Below are positions 1 through 8,177 of a stretch of 64,000 nucleotides of DNA, one piece after another. The notes beneath the pieces were generated by a model, which did not search any database, was not told the origin of the DNA, and saw nothing but the letters and a program-made list of their open reading frames with translations. The stretch is from Thermomicrobiales bacterium. Lineage in GTDB: Bacteria > Chloroflexota > Chloroflexia > Thermomicrobiales > UBA6265. A program made the position numbers and the translations under genes. The DNA is taken from the NCBI GenBank assembly GCA_042408955.1, contig JBHOQQ010000046.1, positions 725 through 64,724 of the forward strand, written 5' to 3'. The stretch's first letter is position 1. The number at the start of each line of letters is the position of its first letter.

Positions 1-324
1 GATGGGCCGCGGGCCAGGATCTGTCATATCAGGATTGTCCCGCAGGCGGCGCAACACGCGCACTGTCAGGTCACTACGAAGCTGGATTTGGCAGGAAAGG
101 CGGAGGTTCGGCGGGCGATTCTCCAGCCGGGCCAGACGAGCTTCTTCGGCAGGCGTCATCGGTCCGGGATCGCCTGCCAGGATCTCAACCCGGCAGGTTG
201 TGCAACGCGCGTTACCCCCACACCGGTGAAGGATATCGACCCCCGCATCCTCGATGCAGAGGACCAAGCGTCGCCCTTCGCTGCAAACGGTCTCACCCAC
301 GCCTTCGATCGTGACCTTCGGCAT
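1..324 (-). CDS. 2Fe-2S ferredoxin (3' end runs off the window edge)
   Basis: Absent from the ORF track because it is open at the edge. My minus-strand translation from ATG 324..322 reads MPKVTIEGVGETVCSEGRRLVLCIEDAGVDILHRCGGNARCTTCRVEILAGDPG...NLRLSCQIQL with no stop down to base 1. It carries the C-x5-C-x2-C...C cluster motif. A GGGGAAGGAG RBS sits about 10 nt upstream (336-345). Confidence 0.7.
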   Translation of the reverse strand, partial: MPKVTIEGVGETVCSEGRRLVLCIEDAGVDILHRCGGNARCTTCRVEILAGDPGPMTPAEEARLARLENRPPNLRLSCQIQLRSDLTVRVLRRLRDNPDMTDPGPRPI

Positions 325-553
325 TGACGAATTGGCTCCTTCCCCTCACGCAAACTACAAGCCACCTACGCCAGGTGGTCATCCTGAACCGCACTCGCTG
401 GTGGCACCGCGGGTTGTCGCGGCCACACGCCACCGGTGCCGCGGCGCCGTGACAGGAACGCCACGTCGCACATCGCTCGGCTCATCAGCAATGTGACACA
501 CAAGCCCCGGTTTCGCTCCCAATCACTGCGTGCGAGCGCCCCGAAAGGAGCTG

Positions 554-1001
554 CTACGCTTGGAAGCCCGTTCCGCCGGTAGTGCGCAGGTGATGGCGCT
601 CAGCAAAGGCGGTCGCATTCGGGCCAGCGAGCAGCACTGAGCCGACGTGCCCATGCCGAGATGAACCGGTGACGAACGGATATCGAATGCCCTTGGTCTC
701 GACACGGCGCTCAGTGTAAAAGAAGTCTTCGCTAATGCGGCCGAAAACATCATACGCAAGCTGATCGGCTCGCATCAGATCCGGAATCGGCTCGTCTAAC
801 CAAAAAGGTAATCGTGATGCGGCCATCCTCCAGCTCCGGCTCGCCGATCAGGTGCAAGCCGTCGATGTGGCGCAAAACCTGCTCCGCATCAACGGTAAAC
901 CGGAGGTTGGCTTCTTCGTCTCGCGCCCAATCTTCGCCAAATTCCAGGCGTAACAACTCAAGAACTTTCTCGACCAGCACGTTCCGTTCCGTTGCTCCCA
1001 A
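554..1001 (-). pseudogene. Hypothetical protein split into two overlapping ORFs (750..1001 and 554..826) by a frame change at an A5/T5 run
   Basis: ORF 750..1001 (..EDGRITITF) and ORF 554..826 (..PFWLDEPIPDLMRADQLAYDVFG..) overlap at the homopolymer caaaaagg at 801-808. A 1-nt change there would fuse them into about 165 aa. No family recognised. Confidence 0.35.
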
Positions 1002-1130
1002 TCGTCAAACGTCAAGGGACTATCAATCGACCTGCACCTCCCTCCAAGCGCCGTATACTAACGCGCTGAAGGCGGATTTGCAGCGCCAGGATTGTCGGCC
1101 AAGACGGCGAAGGGAAGAGCAGGGAACGCA

Positions 1131-1403
1131 ATGGTGCAACGGGTGTTGGATGTCCTCTTACGGCGCGATCGGGTCGAGCCAGAAATCCCGCTGTGTCCCG
1201 ATCACAAGACGCCGATGCGGCTTCGCGGCAAGCTCGGCCGCCCGGCGCGGTTTTCCTACCAAACGGAAGAGGAATATACCCTGCTCTACTTCTGTCCAGT
1301 CGAAGGCTGCAACAACACCGCCCTGGTCGAGCGGGCCAAGACGCAAATCCCGGTGCCGGGTGAGCCCCCGGAGCGGCCGCCATTTGCCCGCCGCACAAGC
1401 TGA
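1131..1403 (+). CDS. Small hypothetical protein with Cys/His zinc-ribbon-like motifs
   Basis: ATG at 1131 is preceded by GGGAAGAGCAGGGAA. The translation contains CPDH...CPVEGC. The TTG at 1092 used by the track lacks an RBS. Confidence 0.5.
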   Translation: MVQRVLDVLLRRDRVEPEIPLCPDHKTPMRLRGKLGRPARFSYQTEEEYTLLYFCPVEGCNNTALVERAKTQIPVPGEPPERPPFARRTS

Positions 1404-1448
1404 TGCGCCTTGAAAGTCGCGTCAAGCCCCGGCGTCGTCCCGCTTAAA

Positions 1449-1997
1449 TCACGTGCGACGCGAAAGATTTTCCTGCTGATATCGCCCAGCATAGCCTTCC
1501 GCCACCGGCGTTGCCAGAGTGATAAACACAAGTTGCATCAGACGCGCGCCACGCGCAATCTGAAAGCCATACGGATTGACCACAACCAACAGCGAGGTGG
1601 AACGGCCATGATACCCGGCGTCCCAGACAGCGGTATGTATTGTGACGCCACTGCGGTTCAGCGTTGAGCGGGGACGCCCAAGCGCCATCAGGTCAGGCGG
1701 CAAATGCACGACCTCGTTGTACAGAATGTGATACGCGCCGGGCGCCAGCTGATACATGCCGCGCTCGTCCGGTTCGATCAATTCCAGCGGTGGCAGGACG
1801 CGGCCAGCACTGTCCAGAGGCAGGATGCCCTGGCCGGCGAAGCGGTGGATCTCGGCAAGTGTTAGATCAAACCCGTTTGGTTGAAGCTGAGATTCCAGAT
1901 CCAGCCACTCCGCGATCAGCGGTGGATCGGCGTGGATGTGGTCGCGCAATTGCTCCCGGCTCAAGACGCCGGACGCGTGCAGTGGCAGATCGCTCAT
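1449..1997 (-). CDS. dcd: dCTP deaminase / dUTPase-superfamily protein
   Basis: Translation MSDLPLHASGVLSREQLRDHI...GFDLTLAEI...LGRPRSTLNRSGV...WDAGYHGRSTSLLVV.NP...ARLMQLVF is typical of the Dcd family. Internal ATG 1997 follows AGGATGAGGA. The upstream part of the track ORF is Arg/Ser-rich junk. Confidence 0.85.
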   Translation of the reverse strand: MSDLPLHASGVLSREQLRDHIHADPPLIAEWLDLESQLQPNGFDLTLAEIHRFAGQGILPLDSAGRVLPPLELIEPDERGMYQLAPGAYHILYNEVVHLPPDLMALGRPRSTLNRSGVTIHTAVWDAGYHGRSTSLLVVVNPYGFQIARGARLMQLVFITLATPVAEGYAGRYQQENLSRRT

Positions 1998-2092
1998 TCG
2001 TTCCTCATCCTTTCCCAGGCGGTCGTGCCCGCACCCTTGCTCTGGGCAGTGCGGTCGATCATGGTTCGCGCGGGTAGACGAGCGTACCACGG

Positions 2093-3349
2093 ATGACGAG
2101 CGGAAATCTCCCCAAGAGTGCCACGACGACCGCCGGGAGCGCCTCTCGCCACGCCTATGCCGTGCTGCGCCACCGGGATTTCCGCCTGCTCTGGCAAGCT
2201 GAGCTTGCATCGAGCTTTGGCACTCAAATGCAGCGGGTTGCCATCGCCTGGCAAGTGTATGACCTCACCGGCGATGCCCTGCGGTTGGGCGTACTGGGAT
2301 TGGTGCGCTTCGCCGCGGTGGTCATCGTCGGCATGCTCGGTGGCGTCCTCGCTGACCGGCGCGACCGCCGCAAGCTGCTTTTCGGCTCGCAGATCGCCCT
2401 AGCCTGCACTTCCGGGACGCTGGCGCTGCTCGCTGCAACCGGCAACAGCAGTCTTGGCGCCATCTATGTGCTGACGCTGCTTGCCAGCGCCCTCGCCTCC
2501 ATCGGCGGCCCGGCGCGGCAAGCCTTCATCCCATCGCTCGTGCCACGGGCCGAAATCGCCGCCGCGATGAGCTTGCAGATCCTCGCGATGCAGGTAGCCA
2601 CGGTCACCGGCCCCGTCGCCGCTGGCTGGCTAATCGCTCGGGTTGATATCGCGCCCATCTACGCGTTCGATGCCTTGTCATTCGCCGGCGTTGCCATTGC
2701 CGCATTGGCAATCCGCACCCGGCCCGCACCCACACGGGCAGAAGGAAGCTCGTGGCAAGCCGCGCTTGATGGCATTCGATTTCTTCGCCGCTCTTCGGTA
2801 TTGCTCGGTGTCATGGCGGCAGACTTCGCGGCCACGTTCTTCGGCGCTGCCACCGTGCTTATGCCCATCTTCGCCACGGAAATACTCGACGTCGGTCCGC
2901 GTGGCCTCGGCTTCCTGTACTCGGCCTCGGCAATCGGCGCGGTGCTAGGAAGCGTCGCGATGAGCCTCGCCCGCACTCCGGTGTTCCCCGGCCGCGGTGT
3001 GCTGCTGGCCATCATCGTCTATGGTCTGACCGTTGTCGGATTCGGCCTCAGCGAGACATTTTGGCTTTCCCTGGGGTTGCTGGCCATCGGCGGAGCGGCC
3101 GACGCCGTGAGCATGGCCCTTCGGCACACGATTCGCAACCTGGCTACTCCAGATCACTTGCGCGGGCGGGTGGCCGCGACCCACTCGATGTTCGCGATGG
3201 GCGGACCTCAGCTTGGAGAATTTGAAGCTGGCGCGGCCGCCGCGCTCCTTGGCGCCGGCCCCTCGGTCGCTCTCGGAGGCTTGGGCACCATTGCGGCCGC
3301 GGCAGTGGTCGCGGTTCTGGTGCCAGAAATCCGCAAATATCGCGCCTGA
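2093..3349 (+). CDS. MFS transporter (MFS_3 / EntS-like family)
   Basis: 418 aa with about 12 hydrophobic segments. The N-terminus LRHRDFRLLWQAELASSFGTQMQRVAIAWQVYDLTG...LADRRDRRKLL is characteristic of this MFS subfamily. Confidence 0.85.
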   Translation: MTSGNLPKSATTTAGSASRHAYAVLRHRDFRLLWQAELASSFGTQMQRVAIAWQVYDLTGDALRLGVLGLVRFAAVVIVGMLGGVLADRRDRRKLLFGSQIALACTSGTLALLAATGNSSLGAIYVLTLLASALASIGGPARQAFIPSLVPRAEIAAAMSLQILAMQVATVTGPVAAGWLIARVDIAPIYAFDALSFAGVAIAALAIRTRPAPTRAEGSSWQAALDGIRFLRRSSVLLGVMAADFAATFFGAATVLMPIFATEILDVGPRGLGFLYSASAIGAVLGSVAMSLARTPVFPGRGVLLAIIVYGLTVVGFGLSETFWLSLGLLAIGGAADAVSMALRHTIRNLATPDHLRGRVAATHSMFAMGGPQLGEFEAGAAAALLGAGPSVALGGLGTIAAAAVVAVLVPEIRKYRA

Positions 3350-3375
3350 TCACGCGCGGTTACCCAGGATGACGT

Positions 3376-3404
3376 TTGACCCGCGCCGCTGTGCGTGCTA
3401 TGGT
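3376..3404 (+). promoter_or_regulatory. Candidate sigma70-type promoter for moaA
   Basis: TTGACC (3376-3381), 17-nt spacer, TATGGT (3399-3404), preceded by TGC (extended -10-like). Pattern match only. Confidence 0.3.
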
Positions 3405-3478
3405 GTCCTCAATGCTCAATGGTTGGCTATTCGAAGGCTGGTGTTCCGGTCAAGCGCCAAATGAGTGGAGCACGAGAG

Positions 3479-4528
3479 ATGGTCAGCACGCTCAGCCGCC
3501 CTGTGACGCTTGCACCCGTTCACCAAGAGACGACTGCGCATCCAAGGGCCGCTTTCGATTCCTTCGGCCGGCAGATGACCTATCTGCGCATCTCCCTCAC
3601 CGACCGCTGCAATTTTCGCTGTGTTTACTGCATGCCAGCCATCGGCATGAAATTCCAGCCCCGAGACGAGCTCCTAACCGATGACGAGCTGCTGCGCATC
3701 GTCGGCGTCTGCGCCAAGCTCGGCTTCAGAAAGCTTCGCCTGACTGGCGGCGAGCCAACGGTCCGGCCGCACCTCGTCGAGCTAGTCCGCGCGATGAAAG
3801 CATTTCCGGGGATCGAAGAGATCTCAATGACCACGAATGGCCTGCTCCTTTCCCGCATCGCCGCGGATCTGAAAGCAGCAGGGCTCGACCGCGTGAATGT
3901 GAGCCTGGACACGCTCGACCCCGAGAAATTCAAGCTCATGACGCGGGGTGGGCGGCTCGATCTGGTCTGGGCAGGACTCGAGGCTGCCGACCAAGCCGGT
4001 CTCCATCCCATCAAGATCAATGCCGTCGTTGTTCGCGGTCAAAATGACCACGAAGTTGGCAGGCTCGCAGCGCTTACCCTCGATCACCCATGGCAGGTGC
4101 GCTTCCTTGAGATCATGCCCATGGAAGGCGTCGGCGTCGTCTACGACGAGGGTCTGGTAACGTCTGCTGAAACGCGGGCGAGGCTGGAGGAGCAGTTCGG
4201 CCCGCTCATCCCCATTGAGACAGATCCGTCAGACCCAGCGCGCTTGTGGCAAATTCCCGGAGCAAAGGGGCTGATCGGTTTCATCTCTCCCGTCTCCGCG
4301 CCGTTCTGCGCCCATTGCAACCGCGTGCGCCTGACGGCGGATGGAAAACTCCGGTTGTGTCTACTCCGCGCGGACGAGCTCGACCTTCGCGATTTGTTGC
4401 GAAGCGGCGCGGATGATGCCACGCTGGAGGCCCAGCTCCTCGCGGGCATTTGGCGCAAACCGTGGGGACACGGCCTGGCGGAAGGTGACCGGAACATCGG
4501 GCGGGGAATGTCCCAAATCGGTGGCTAG
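3479..4528 (+). CDS. moaA: GTP 3',8-cyclase MoaA (radical SAM, molybdenum cofactor biosynthesis)
   Basis: Contains LRISLTDRCNFRCVYCMP (CxxxCxxC radical SAM motif) plus a C-terminal FCAHCNRVRLTADGKLRLCL cluster motif. Start chosen at ATG 3479 (GGAG 10 nt upstream). The track start 3395 lies inside the putative promoter; 3461 is an alternative. Confidence 0.9.
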   Translation: MVSTLSRPVTLAPVHQETTAHPRAAFDSFGRQMTYLRISLTDRCNFRCVYCMPAIGMKFQPRDELLTDDELLRIVGVCAKLGFRKLRLTGGEPTVRPHLVELVRAMKAFPGIEEISMTTNGLLLSRIAADLKAAGLDRVNVSLDTLDPEKFKLMTRGGRLDLVWAGLEAADQAGLHPIKINAVVVRGQNDHEVGRLAALTLDHPWQVRFLEIMPMEGVGVVYDEGLVTSAETRARLEEQFGPLIPIETDPSDPARLWQIPGAKGLIGFISPVSAPFCAHCNRVRLTADGKLRLCLLRADELDLRDLLRSGADDATLEAQLLAGIWRKPWGHGLAEGDRNIGRGMSQIGG

Positions 4529-4539
4529 GATCGCGCACC

Positions 4540-5526
4540 ATGGTCTCTGCCGCGGATGGATCGCGAGCACTTCATCGGCTGCTGATCGGCGTGTCCCTTC
4601 CCGACGCGCACGTACAGCGACTACGAGAGCAGTTTCCCGATCTTGAGATCATCGTAGCAGGCGGAGAGGAGTTCGATCGCCAGCTTCCCGAGGCTGACGC
4701 CGTCGTCCACTGGCAACTTTCGGAGGAGCAGATCGCACGCGCTCCCCGCTTGCGCTGGTTTCAAACGGTCGGTGCCGGGGTTGATGGCCTGCTTCACCCG
4801 GCGCTGATCGAGCACGGCATATTGATTACGAACAACAGCGGCGTTCACGCCACGAATATCGCCGAGCATGTGCTCGCGATGATGTTAGCTTTTGCCCGGC
4901 GGCTGCCATATCTCATCCGCGGGCAAGTGGCGCACGAATGGCGCGACGACGCGGCACGGAAGGGTGTCTTCGAGCTCGACGGCCAGACACTTCTGGTCGT
5001 CGGCGCTGGCGACATCGGTCAGGCCCTTGCCCGGCGTGCCACCGCGCTCGGGATGTCCGTCCTCGGTGTCCGGCGCCGGCCCGGGACCGAGCTTCCTCCT
5101 GGCTTTGCGGAAATCGGCAGCATCGAGCGCCTGATAGATTTCCTGCCTCGCTCTGATCACACCGCTATCTGCCTCCCGCTCACCCACGCAACGCGCGGGC
5201 TCTTCAACCGCGAGATTATTTTCCAGATGCGTCCAAAGAGTTACCTTTACAACATCGGCCGCGGCCCAATTGTTGACGCGATAGCGCTGATCGATGCTCT
5301 GCGGTCTGGCCATCTCGCCGGAGCAGGGCTTGATGTGACCGATCCCGAGCCACTCCCCGCGGATTCGCCGCTGTGGGATATGGAAAATGTCATCATCACG
5401 GCTCATACCTCGGGCGCCACGCCACGGTATTGGGATCGCGCCATTGAGATCTTAGCGGCCAACATCGCGCGCTATCGCTCGGGTCAGCCGCTGCTGAATG
5501 TGGTTGATCCCACCGCCGGATATTGA
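4540..5526 (+). CDS. D-isomer-specific 2-hydroxyacid dehydrogenase family, NAD-binding
   Basis: Contains LLVVGAGDIGQALARRATALGMSVLGVRR (GxGxxG), a conserved Arg/Glu/His region (NIGRG..VD, ITAHTSG) and a PLLNVVD tail. Confidence 0.85.
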   Translation: MVSAADGSRALHRLLIGVSLPDAHVQRLREQFPDLEIIVAGGEEFDRQLPEADAVVHWQLSEEQIARAPRLRWFQTVGAGVDGLLHPALIEHGILITNNSGVHATNIAEHVLAMMLAFARRLPYLIRGQVAHEWRDDAARKGVFELDGQTLLVVGAGDIGQALARRATALGMSVLGVRRRPGTELPPGFAEIGSIERLIDFLPRSDHTAICLPLTHATRGLFNREIIFQMRPKSYLYNIGRGPIVDAIALIDALRSGHLAGAGLDVTDPEPLPADSPLWDMENVIITAHTSGATPRYWDRAIEILAANIARYRSGQPLLNVVDPTAGY

Positions 5527-5640
5527 TCTGCCTCCCGGATCTGTTTCGGTGTGGATCGCCAACGGCGCTCAACGCACCGGCACACGGCATCTGTCTCCAA
5601 CCGGTACTATTGTGCCGGACTACCTTCCTACGCTGGAGAC

Positions 5641-5669
5641 TTGACAGAACGCGCGAGTACGAATAATGT
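5641..5669 (+). promoter_or_regulatory. Near-consensus sigma70-type promoter
   Basis: TTGACA (5641-5646), exactly 17 nt, TAATGT (5664-5669), about 110 nt upstream of the 5780 ATG. Confidence 0.35.
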
Positions 5670-5779
5670 ACGTACACATCAAGGACGGCGAATGGGCGTC
5701 GTCTGAATCGGCGCAATCTCACAACCACGACGGCAAGGCGCACTCGTCCCCATGCGTGCCGTCAGGGGAGGGTTGGAGG

Positions 5780-6106
5780 ATGCGGGAGCCACACTTAGCC
5801 ACCATTTCCCACCATGCTGGCCGGCGCCTCGCTCAGCGAAATCTTTCCCTCGATGATGTTTGGTACGTGCTTTCCCATGGCCGGGTGCACCACACGGGCA
5901 AGGCTCTGTTCGTCCATCTTGGCCGGCGCGACATTCCACCTGCCGACCGCCGATTCGACCATATCCGCCGCCTGGAAGGCACCATCCTAGTCCTCGATCC
6001 AGCGACGGGGCAGCACCTCACGACAGCCTATCGCAACCGCCGCCGGGGCAGCCGGGATATCAAGCGGAAGCCGAAATGGTCGCTGCCAATGCAGGCTGTC
6101 GCCTGA
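5780..6106 (+). CDS. DUF4258-like small protein (toxin-like fold family)
   Basis: Translation MREPHLATISHHAGRRLAQRNLSLDDVWYVLSHGRVHHTGKALFVHLGRRD... resembles DUF4258 proteins (H-A-x-x-R-x-x-x-R-x-I..DV). GGGGAGG lies 8 nt upstream of ATG 5780. Confidence 0.5.
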   Translation: MREPHLATISHHAGRRLAQRNLSLDDVWYVLSHGRVHHTGKALFVHLGRRDIPPADRRFDHIRRLEGTILVLDPATGQHLTTAYRNRRRGSRDIKRKPKWSLPMQAVA

Positions 6107-6154
6107 CCAGCACACGAGCATGTGGATGACTCGGCAGGTCGCTCTGCCAGCGAT

Positions 6155-7375
6155 TCAGCCCAGGGCTTCCAATGTAGCGCCGGTATCAAAGCCGAACACG
6201 TGGACGAGGTGTGGACGGCCAGCTAGGCCATGACGGGTGTAATACCGGTCGTAGAGCTGGCGGATCAGCGCCTCAACTCGGGAACGCGGCAGCAAAATCA
6301 GCACGGAGCCTCCTTCGCCCCCACCCATCATCCGCGCTCCCAACACCCCATCGAGCGTGAGTGCCTCGGTCACCAGCTCCTCGACGCGGGGATGACTGAT
6401 CTCGTAATCCCCTGCCGACGAGCGACCCGACGCCGTCATCAATGCCCCGAATGTCACCCAGTCGCCCGCGCGCATGGCGGCGATTCCGTGTTCGACTCGC
6501 GCGACTTCAGTAACAACATGGCGCACGCGGCGCAGCAGCACCTCCGGCACTACGCCAGAACCAACCGCTTGAAGCCGGTCAAAGCCGTCGAGACCGAGCG
6601 CTGCCAAGTTGGCAAGGGACGGATCGACGAGGTGTCGCACCAGCTCAAGCGCCTGCCGCGACTCCTCAACTCGGACGGGATACGACGAAGCGCCGAGCGC
6701 TCGCGCAACGCCCGAATCTGCCACGGCGAAAACGTTGTCTCCCAAATCGGGATCAAGGCGCTCGGTCGTCAATGCGGCGCCGTCAAAACGGACGACGCCA
6801 CCAGCAAGAGATATCGACTGATCGAGCGTGCCGCAAGGTGTTCCAGCCCGATGCTCCGCTTCCTGCGCCATGAGCACCAGGTCACGGAATCCGGGCTGCC
6901 GTGTGTTGAGCGCTAGGCAGAGCGCGACGCACAGCGCGGCCGATGAGCTAAGCCCAAAGCCGATTGGGACATCGCCAGCCACGGCGATGCGCGACGGCAC
7001 GCGGAGCTCACCGCCTCGCGCAAGCGTCGCCGCGATGGCGCCCCGCGCATAATCCAGCGGTTCGGGAGGAGGCTCCGGGTTTCGCCAATCTTCAAGGTCG
7101 TCCGCGCTGACGCGGAGTCTGGGCTGTCCATTAGGATCAGCCATCAAGATCTCGACCCGGCGCAATGGCGACGTGGACTCCTCAACGACCGCGACCACAT
7201 GCCGGTCAATAGCCGCCGCCAAGACCGGTCCACCGTTGTAATCAACATGATTGCCGAGCAGCTCAAGCCGGCCTGGTGCTCGCGCAGCAAGCGTTGGACG
7301 CCACCCCAGCCCGAACGCCTCTGCACCTGCCTGGAGCGCACGCTCAAAAGCTGGAACGTGATGCTCGGCTTTCAC
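6155..7375 (-). CDS. Galactokinase-like GHMP sugar kinase
   Basis: Contains the galactokinase signature GRLELLGNHVDYNGGPVL and the GHMP motif PIGFGLSSSAALCVAL. GTG start 7375 has GAGGAG 5 nt upstream, and that RBS overlaps the end of the preceding gene. Confidence 0.8.
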   Translation of the reverse strand: MKAEHHVPAFERALQAGAEAFGLGWRPTLAARAPGRLELLGNHVDYNGGPVLAAAIDRHVVAVVEESTSPLRRVEILMADPNGQPRLRVSADDLEDWRNPEPPPEPLDYARGAIAATLARGGELRVPSRIAVAGDVPIGFGLSSSAALCVALCLALNTRQPGFRDLVLMAQEAEHRAGTPCGTLDQSISLAGGVVRFDGAALTTERLDPDLGDNVFAVADSGVARALGASSYPVRVEESRQALELVRHLVDPSLANLAALGLDGFDRLQAVGSGVVPEVLLRRVRHVVTEVARVEHGIAAMRAGDWVTFGALMTASGRSSAGDYEISHPRVEELVTEALTLDGVLGARMMGGGEGGSVLILLPRSRVEALIRQLYDRYYTRHGLAGRPHLVHVFGFDTGATLEALG

Positions 7376-7384
7376 GCGTTCTCC

Positions 7385-8092
7385 TCACCGTCGCATTTGC
7401 ACGACTTTGAACGCTTCGCCATATTCGAATGCATGCCCTTTAGCAAGCTCGCGGGCACGGTCACGCACACGCGGAAAGACCTCCTCGCCATCACCGATCT
7501 GCGAGACGTGCGCGCGCAGTGCATCGAGCTTCGCTTCGATCGTTTCCGTTATATCCACGATCAGATCCGGGTGCTCGGCGTTGAAGAACCAGATTTCCGC
7601 CGTCTTATGCGGATTCAGCCCAGAGCGCAGGTGCTCTGGGAAGTAATGCGGGTCCCTGGCAGTCGGGTACACCGCATCGATGCTCGCAAAACCAACGGCG
7701 CGATGGTCCGGATGCAGCGCATACGGCCGGTACGGATCGTGTGTGATTAGCACATCGGGTCGGTAGGTGCGGATCATGCGCACAATTTTCTCGCGCAAAG
7801 CCAGATCCGGCATAAGCTCTCCATCGGTGCAACGAAGGAACACCACGTCACCGACTCCGAGGCGACGGGCTGCTTCTCGCTCCTCGGTTTCGCGCATCTC
7901 AGCCAAACGCTCCGGGTTGATGGTCGGGTCCGTCGTCCCCTTGTCACCAGATGTCACTTGGATGATGATGACGCGCTTACCTTGAGACGTCAGCCGGGCG
8001 ATCGTCCCACCAGACGAAAACTCCGCGTCATCAGGATGAGCAACCACCAGCATGTAGACGTCCCAACCATCCCATGGTGTTTGATCGGTCAT
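7385..8092 (-). CDS. PIG-L / LmbE family N-acetylglucosaminyl deacetylase
   Basis: Contains MLVVAHPDDAEFSSGGTIARL (AHPDDE motif) and the later HPDH motif. ATG 8092 was chosen because it gives the usual short N-terminus; the track starts at TTG 8164. Confidence 0.85.
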   Translation of the reverse strand: MTDQTPWDGWDVYMLVVAHPDDAEFSSGGTIARLTSQGKRVIIIQVTSGDKGTTDPTINPERLAEMRETEEREAARRLGVGDVVFLRCTDGELMPDLALREKIVRMIRTYRPDVLITHDPYRPYALHPDHRAVGFASIDAVYPTARDPHYFPEHLRSGLNPHKTAEIWFFNAEHPDLIVDITETIEAKLDALRAHVSQIGDGEEVFPRVRDRARELAKGHAFEYGEAFKVVQMRR

Positions 8093-8177
8093 AGCCCGCT
8101 CGTTTCTCCCCTCCGCGCGAAAAATGCCAACCGTACGTGGAGCGCTCGATAACGGCCCGGTCAAATGACCGTCGCCA

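Noticed and set aside
2-496. Short plus-strand track ORFs at the window start (75-80 aa)
   Set aside because: Arg-rich translations overlapping the minus-strand ferredoxin frame, with no RBS.
3350-3478. Moco riboswitch upstream of moaA
   Set aside because: The leader is only ~60-75 nt after the putative promoter, and I could not find the conserved Moco-motif helices or loops. It cannot be excluded without an Infernal scan.
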